Source: Octopus sinensis (taxonomy: Eukaryota). From it: a stretch of 64,000 nt of DNA. The notes below the pieces were generated by a model that saw only the letters and a program-made list of their open reading frames with translations, was not told the origin of the DNA and did no database searches. Position 1 is the first letter of the stretch, and each line of letters opens with the position of its first letter. A program made the translations under genes and the position numbers. The stretch is taken from assembly GCF_006345805.1 (NCBI RefSeq), contig NC_043011.1, forward strand, positions 22,642,464 to 22,706,463. The letters run 5' to 3'. Shown in pieces: positions 56,205 to 64,000 of this stretch.

Positions 56205-56447
56205 CGGAGTAAACACATAAATGTGAACAAGATGGAAAAAAGAGTACTCAAATACCAGTGGTAGAGTAATATGCTTTATTTAAAGCAGCAGAAAATTCAA
56301 CAAAACCTGTTACTCTGAGTTTCATGTTCCCGTTCGTCGGACAGTTTTTGCTAGAATCAGTTTTTTCTAGCAAAAACTGTCCGACGAACGGGAACGTGAA
56401 ACTCAGAGTAACAGGTTTTGTTGAATTTTCTGCTGCTTTAAATAAAG
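56204..56447. mobile_element. Second family-A palindromic element with hammerhead variant (core CCGACGA)
   Basis: Homologous to 62-320; arms 56274-56447 with short spacer; hammerhead-like 56371-56420; (TA)n on both sides. Confidence 0.78.
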
Positions 56448-56461
56448 TATATATCTATATA

Positions 56462-56685
56462 TATATATATACCCATCGAGAGGTTTGTTGAGCCTCTTTG
56501 GTATCTGCTTTCTGACCAAGAGCATCTCGGCCGAATGGCAAAAAGAGGGGCAACACACTGCTTATACTCTTTGTTTGACGGCAAAATTCACATCCTATGA
56601 CCTTCTCTAGCAGCAGACAATTAAGCTAGTTTCCCCACACGCTGCACGGCGGTCAGTCCTTCCTTTTCAAGCAAACAGTTTGTCC

Positions 56686-56777
<92 letters not shown>

Positions 56778-56998
56778 ATTCATCTAAGGACACGCGAGGT
56801 ATTTCATTGTTGTCATCCTCTTTAACCAACTAAACTGCCTGGCTACCACTAAAAGCCTTGCCGTGTATTTCTGGCCCAATGCACCAATAAAAGCTATAGA
56901 CAATATTCTTCTCTTTGATATTTATTATTACGCTGTCTCATCGACTTCGAGAATTTAATAGTAACATAGCCTGTTACATTTGGTGACTCCGGCGTGAT
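56462..56998 (+). mobile_element. LTR 3' part plus tRNA-Trp primer binding site
   Basis: AATAAA ~56886, ...TGTTACA end at 56978, TT spacer, TGGTGACTCCGGCGTGAT (16/18 to canonical Trp PBS TGGTGACCCCGACGTGAT); LTR 5' boundary uncertain. Confidence 0.65.
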
Positions 56999-57157
56999 TC
57001 GAACCTTCGTTACTTTCGACATCTCATCCCAGTCGTAACAGAAACTATTGCTACAGACTTTTTACAATTACTAGTTATGCTTATCAGAATAACTGTGAAG
57101 ATGGGAGTTGAAAGATCGACAAATTTTATTAACATTGGAGAGAAATAAGTTCCTTAC

Positions 57158-58855
57158 CTGCAATCGCTTTGACTCCGGATTGTTTTTGGGCATCTGCCCA
57201 GAAGGCTTTGTGACCCTGAGAATGGAGGAAACTGACTTCTATGATTGGGTTTCCCATTGGGAGCACATCTCGCCCCCAAACAACCTTTAAAGCAGAAGCT
57301 AAGAAACCATAAATACAAACAGCAGTAAATAGAAGCACCACGATTATTTCATATGCTTCATATGAAGGCACTGCTAAGATATTTAGCAAAAATGCCAATG
57401 CGATAAGTTCGAAAAGGAAAGTGATCAGGAACCAGGTCTTGCTTACAACTAGAGAAAGTCCTATAAGAAGTAGAAGAATGACCATATATGAAATGCTCCC
57501 CACACACATGGCCACTGAATTGTCCTGACCCAATGTCCCAAGACTGCGAGCAGTTCCAAGAATTATCCACATGGTACTAAATATAATGAATGAACAGCTT
57601 TCGAATGTAAGTCCACGAGCAAACCCTATACAACCCACGGTGAACTGTGCCACCCCGCCAAGCACAGTTGTCCATGGCATGGAGAGGAGATTGAAATTGG
57701 CAGGAATCCACAAAATAGATAAGGCAGAAACTGCATTGACGGCAAAGCCGATGGTATCAAGCTCAATATACTTGGAATACCCCATGTCGGAAAATTCAGT
57801 AGAGAACAGGCCGTCACCATTTTGTTTGGTGTCCTGTTTGTATAAACGTTTTGCACAGCAACTAAGATGTTTTTTAAGGCTCTGTTGTACTTGAGCTCGA
57901 TCAAATGGGCGTCGACCCAAAGGAAGTTTATAAGGGGTTTGTTTCATTCGGCTCATGTGAGCTGCAAGTCCATAAAGAGAAAACAAAAAGCAAACCCAAC
58001 CCATACCACCAAGGAAATGGCCTTGGACACCATCAACACAAAAGGCAATGCAGAAGATACATAGTAAGATATTCTGTAGTGCATGGAACATTTCTCGAGC
58101 TATGGAAATCAAACTGGCCAATAAAAATGTGAAAAGGAAGAAGATAAAGACAGGTAGTAGTGGTAAGTCATTTGTGCCAGAAAAATGATTAAGTGCTAGG
58201 TTGTATGCTACTGCACACCAGAATGTACCATACAGGGTAAAGTAGCAACCACAGTAAGGGTCATTCCTACGTAAAGCCACAATGCCGCACACAGCTTGAA
58301 AAAATCCCGCCGAACCGACCCACATAAAAGCATTATTGGCAACTGTTGTAGCTCCAGTCACGTGACTAGCAAAAACTGCAAAAACTATTACTTCCATTGA
58401 ATACCCTACAATAGTGTAATCGTTTGAGACGTCTGGATCAGATGACTTTCTTTTCTGCGTGGTCTTGAAATCACCCCCTTTGAATTTATTAACCAGCTTT
58501 TGGCACATCATATACACAACTAATGCAGAAAGTAGGACATAATACGCTCCGGCACTCATATGCACAGGACGCCATAAAGAGGCTATTTCGAAGATGGTGG
58601 ACAAAAAAAGACCGAAAGAAAGAACTGCAGTAAAGGTTGCTTGGTGCAAGATAGATCCAAAGACAAAAATAAGGAATATGAAGAAGAAAGCCCCATATCC
58701 AGGAAATAGAGCTTCATTTGCTGCATTGGACCAGATGGTAGGCGGCCTCGAGATATCTCTGGTGACATTGAAAACACCAACTGCCGCCCACATCGAACCT
58801 AGACATAAGAGTAAGCCACGTAACAGGGAGTCTTCAACATCTCCTGCCGTAATGC
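57158..58855 (-). CDS. Large internal exon (phase 1/1) encoding ~2.5 visible tandem GPR1/FUN34/YaaH (SatP/AceTr)-like multi-TM repeats
   Basis: AG acceptor at 58857-58856 and GTAAGG donor from 57157; open 1698 nt. SatP-like motifs: GFFQAVCGIVALRRNDPYCGCYFTLYGTFW, GGVAQFTVGCIGFARGLTFESCSFIIFSTMW, YKLPLG and WGRDVLPMG (cf. SatP GGxAQxxAG...GNTFG.TAFxSYGxFW and FGRTVLPIG, recalled from memory). Confidence 0.88.
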
Positions 58856-59359
58856 CTGAAAAAAAGAAAAAGAACTTTATAAAAATGATGTTAAAAGCTT
58901 TCAGAGTCTTTATTTGGAAAGGGAAACTTGAATTAATGACAGCTACCTGCGATCAAAATAACTAGTTTTATTTTGGCGGTTTCACTGGATCCCACCTCAG
59001 GTTATAAAAGGCGCCAGCAAATCACTCCAGAGCTTTTCATAACATTAAAATGTCAATTAAATGCTGATGAATATATTAAATTTAAGAAAATCAGGAATGC
59101 AGTTGTTTCAGTATTTTCTTTGAAAATTGTAATTTTTTTCAAATTTCCTATTATATATTCTCAGAAAAAGGCGGCAAGAAGGTAGAGTTCATTAGCACAC
59201 CGAACAAAATGCTTTGCGGCCTATAGTGCATACTTTCTTGATTCTTGCTTGCTTCATGCTCTTGCTTGATGGGGTTGGGGGTCATTCCAGGTCAGTGGTC
59301 CCAGAGATGTCATCATACATGGAGTCGACCGGGTTCACCAGTTCTCTCTATCACTGATG

Positions 59360-59700
59360 GTCCCGTGCCAGCCCCTCTCTATCCTCCAAGGTGACATCGA
59401 GCTTCGGCAAGATCTTTCCACTTGGCGCAACTGCTCTATCTCCCGGAAAGTGAAGCTCCGCATCTACAACGCATCGGCCCTCTCCATTCTCCTCTATGAC
59501 GCAGAAACGTGGCCCCTCTCGAAGACCGTAGCAAAGAGGATCGATGGCTTCGATAGCAGAGCCCTGAAAACCATCGAGAACATCAGATGGTAACATCACG
59601 TTTCCAACAAGGAACTGTGTGCGCGTGCGCATCAACCTCCAGCCTCCCATCTCATAGCTATCTGTTGCATGCGCTGGTATGGACATGTCCTCCGTCTCCC
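59360..59700 (+). mobile_element. RTE-clade LINE ORF fragment
   Basis: SISRKVKLRIYNASALSILLYDAETW...W*HHVSNKEL...RWYGHVLR. Confidence 0.8.
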
Positions 59701-59786
59701 ACCTTTAGTAGAAAGGATTATTTGATAATTCCCTTACCCGCTCCCGATAAAATTGCTGGCCTGGTACCAAAATTTGAAACCAGAAG

Positions 59787-60215
59787 CAACGAGCTGGCAG
59801 AATCGTTAGCACGCCGGGCGAAATGTTTAGCGGTATTTCGTCTGTCGTTACGTTGTGAGTTCAAATTCCGCCGAGGTCGACTTTGCCTTTCATCCTTTCG
59901 GGGTCGATTAAATAAGTACCAGTTACGCACTGGGGTCGATGTAATTGGCTTAATCCGTTTGTCTGTCCTTGTGTGTCCTCTCTATGTTTAGCTCCTTGTG
60001 GTCAATAAAGAAATAAGAACCGTTAAAGGATCTGACAAAATGATTACTGGTATTTTTTTTTATTTCATTACGTTCTGAGTTCAAATATCGGCGAGGTCGA
60101 CTTTGTTTTTCATCATTTCAGTGTCAATAAAATAAATACCATTCGAGTATTGGAGTCGATGTAATCGACTTACCCCCTCCCCTCAGTATTACTGGCTTTG
60201 TTCCAAAATTCAAAA
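59787..60215 (+). mobile_element. SINE family B copies
   Basis: Full copy ~59787-60016 and degenerate copy following. Confidence 0.78.
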
Positions 60216-60810
60216 CTATTATTTAGCCCCAGAGCTGTTCAGACTTATTAGACATCTCAACCATGACCATCATGTCTTTTTTTTTTTCGAGTAAAACTGC
60301 CATTCTTTTTTAAGATCAGATATTATTTGGCAGCTATTTCTTGCAAGTCCAGCGACTGCATAGAGATTCACTCCATTGGCCTAACTAATTACTATGCAAA
60401 TATATGGTAAACGAAACCAATTTCAATAATTTTCTTTTTTCAATTCATGATTTATTATAAAAGTACATACAGACATGAGGTTGTGAGTTCGATTCCTGGA
60501 CTGGGCTGTGTGTTGTGTTCCTGAGCAAGACACTATATTTCACTTAAGTCCAGTTCACTCAGTTGTAGAAATGACTTGCCACGTCACTGGTGCCTAACTG
60601 TATTGGCCTTTGCCTTTTCCTTGGACAACATCGGTGGCATGAAGAGGGGAGGCTGATATGCATGGGCGACTGCTGGTCTTCCGTAAACAACCGTGCCCGG
60701 ACTTGAACTTCAGAGGGGAACTTTCTAGGTGCAATCCTATGGTCATTCATGACCAAAGGAGACAACAAATTCTGCATCAGCATACCTCTTTTTTTTGTCT
60801 GAATATCTTG

Positions 60811-61340
60811 ACATACATACATACATACATACATACATACATACATACACACACATACATGCATATATACATACATGCATACAAACATACATGCATACAA
60901 ACATACATATATCCACAAACACGCACACATACATACATACGTACGTACGTACGTACGTACATGCATACATACATACATGCATGCATACATACACAAATAT
61001 ACACACACATACATATATACATACATGCATGCTTGGATGCATACATACATACATGCATACATACATACATACACATACATGCATATATACATACATGCAT
61101 ACAAACATACATATATACACACACATACATACATACATACATACATACATACATACATACGTACGTACGTACGTACATGCATACATATGTACACAAATAC
61201 ATATATACACAAATATACACACGCATACATACATATATACATACATGCATGCTTGGATGCATACATACATACATGCATACATACACACATACATATATAA
61301 ATACATGCATGCTTGCATGCATGATGCATACATACATAAA
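60811..61340. repeat. (CATA)n-based compound microsatellite
   Basis: Direct reading; source of spurious ORFs. Confidence 0.95.
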
Positions 61341-61835
61341 TACAGACAGACAGACAGGCAAACAGTCACGCCTGCATGTAAGCACGCAAAATGGTTGGAT
61401 GGATGTTGGACAGACAGACATGCAGACAGATAGACAGACAGGTAACATCAAAATAGCTCCATGTAAAACACTTACGTGATATCATGAAAGTTGTGTTACA
61501 CAAAAATATAAAATGTTGCATGTTTGTCTAAATAACGACCCAACAAATATATCAGCAAGCTTACGTGTAAAAATTAGTTGCAAGACAATAATATTTGAAG
61601 TGCAATAGAGAATTTACTGGCTGGAGAATGCTATCAGGCTGTTTTGTTATATGATACATGAAGATCATATTACAGAATATAAATGTCGTTTATATTGGAT
61701 AACATTTTCAAGGAGAAAACTTGTACTATCAAAGATAACATAGATCGAGGCACAACCTGTTGATATGTTGTAATTGACTTAGGACGACGGTCAATATGAT
61801 ATCAAAGGTGGAAATCGTGTGAGATCATAACTGTA

Positions 61836-62315
<480 letters not shown>

Positions 62316-62708
62316 TAGTCTTAAGCCTCTCGAGATGCAAATAATATTATATATGTATGCGTGAATATATGTAAGTATGCATGTGTATATAGTAACAAAC
62401 ATATCATATATATATATAATAACAAAATAATATATAAAACATATGCATATATACATACGTATATGTTCATACCTACATCTATATGTATATATACATGCAT
62501 ATATGGGTACAGGACAACAAAAAAACGTTGAACACAATGAGAAACGAAAACATAAAAACAAAAACATGGAAACGGACTTTTTTTCAAACAACGAAAAAAC
62601 AGAGTACAAGTCATACAACACAAAGAATATTCCCCTTCTTCAGTTGCCCCTGTTTCGGCTACTCCGCGTTTCGAAGGTAAGGGCAAGGCGCGACTTCGTT
62701 GAAACAGT

Positions 62709-62758
<50 letters not shown>

Positions 62759-62761
<3 letters not shown>

Positions 62762-63016
62762 GAAGGTTTGGAGATGATGTACAGGTATTATATATTAGAA
62801 AAATTGAGGTAATCAGATCAGATGGTTCATATTTGTAGATATTTATTTATATATTACATTTTTTACATATATATCATATCATTCGGATTAGCGCTTGCTC
62901 CCATTCTAGTGGGAGCAAGCGCTAATCCGAATGATATGATATATATGTAAAAAATGTAATATATAAATAAATATCTACAAATAGAACCATCTGATCTGAT
63001 TACCTCAATTTTTCTA

Positions 63017-63069
<53 letters not shown>

Positions 63070-63326
63070 TATATATATCGGAAGGTTTGGAGATGATGTA
63101 CAGGTATTATATATTAGAAAAATTGAGGTAATCAGATCAGATGTTCATATTTGTAGATATTTATTTATATATTACATTTTTTACATATATATCATATCAT
63201 TCGGATTAGCGCTTGCTCCCATTCTAGTGGGAGCAAGCGCTAATCCGAATGATATGATATATATGTAAAAAATGTATATATAAATAATATCTACAAATAT
63301 GAACCATCTGATCTGATTACCTCAAT

Positions 63327-63340
<14 letters not shown>
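62759..63340. mobile_element. Two tandem family-B palindromic elements (62759-63022, 63078-63340) in (TA)n
   Basis: ~115-bp near-perfect arms centred ~62906 and ~63224; unpaired tail TCGGAAGGTTTGGAGATGATGTACAGG. Confidence 0.75.
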
Positions 63341-63375
<35 letters not shown>

Positions 63376-63557
63376 TATTATATATACCACCTTCGGGAAA
63401 GAGGAGTGTCAGAAGAAACAAACATGAAATATTTGAAAAAATCAGCTTATCCAATTCTTTTTTCAAATATATACAATGCAATATCTATATAAGTATCATA
63501 CACACACAAACACACTCACACACAAACAAACAAACACACACACACACACACACACAC

Positions 63558-63590
<33 letters not shown>

Positions 63591-63649
63591 TATAAAGCGC
63601 CTTAGCTTTATGGCACTTAGCGAAACCAATGGATACTCAATGACCGGCC

Positions 63650-63900
63650 ATAACTCCCTTCTATACTGAGACTCCATTTGATGTGCTGCAGTATACGTAT
63701 GCTGATCTTGGGAAAGTGCCATCTCCCTTCTCTCTCGAGACTCCATCTGATGTGCTGCAGCATGCATTTTCTGATCTTGGGAAAGTCTCATCTCCCTTCT
63801 CTATTGAAATTCCATTTACGTCCTGCAGCATGTGTTTGCTGATCTTGAGAGAGGTTCATCTTATTTCTCTCTTGAGACTCTCGCCTTCGGTTTTCTACAA
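63650..63900 (-). mobile_element. Decayed 63-bp coding repeats resembling Helitron Rep/Hel N-terminal repeats
   Basis: LSQDQKMHAAAHQMESRERRE / LSQDQHTYTAAHQMESQYRRE 21-aa units with frameshift. Confidence 0.4.
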
Positions 63901-64000
63901 TCTTCCTTGCTTTATATTTGTTTCTGGAGAGATTACGTCTTTTCTATAGTGGCATAGATTTTTCAATATTGTAAGCCAAAAATTATGAACATAGAAGAAA

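Noticed and set aside
57129-57157. ORF-track C-terminus GKELISLQC* of the 554-aa ORF
   Set aside because: Read-through into the intron past a strong GTAAGG donor; the frame continues in exon 55233-55145
60559-61479. Long ORFs (200-270 aa) rich in Y/V/C/M/H/T, and similar ORFs throughout the window
   Set aside because: Translations of (CATA)n, (TA)n, (CA)n and (GTCT)n microsatellites; no coding signal

Overview
AT-rich, microsatellite-saturated animal genomic DNA. The tRNA-derived SINE landscape looks like octopus/coleoid cephalopod (inference). Nearly all ORF-track entries are microsatellite or SINE artefacts. Two real minus-strand genes can be read. (1) A spliced gene, visible exons 58855-48061 (~1108 aa, 5' end not identified). 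It fuses three tandem GPR1/FUN34/YaaH (SatP/Ato, AceTr) acetate-channel-like repeats to a YrdC/Sua5 (TsaC-fold) domain and a long disordered tail ending in -TEL. (2) The first coding exon of a RERG/RASL-like Ras GTPase at 15121-15013. The most striking non-coding signal is a set of minimal type I hammerhead ribozymes in (TA)n-associated Penelope-like/retrozyme elements. These include a ~485-bp x2.6 tandem array with one intact hammerhead per monomer plus a 30-bp inverted end (23801-25090), long palindromic elements, and partial tandem repeats. LINE, LTR, MITE, maT-like and Helitron-like remnants are also present.
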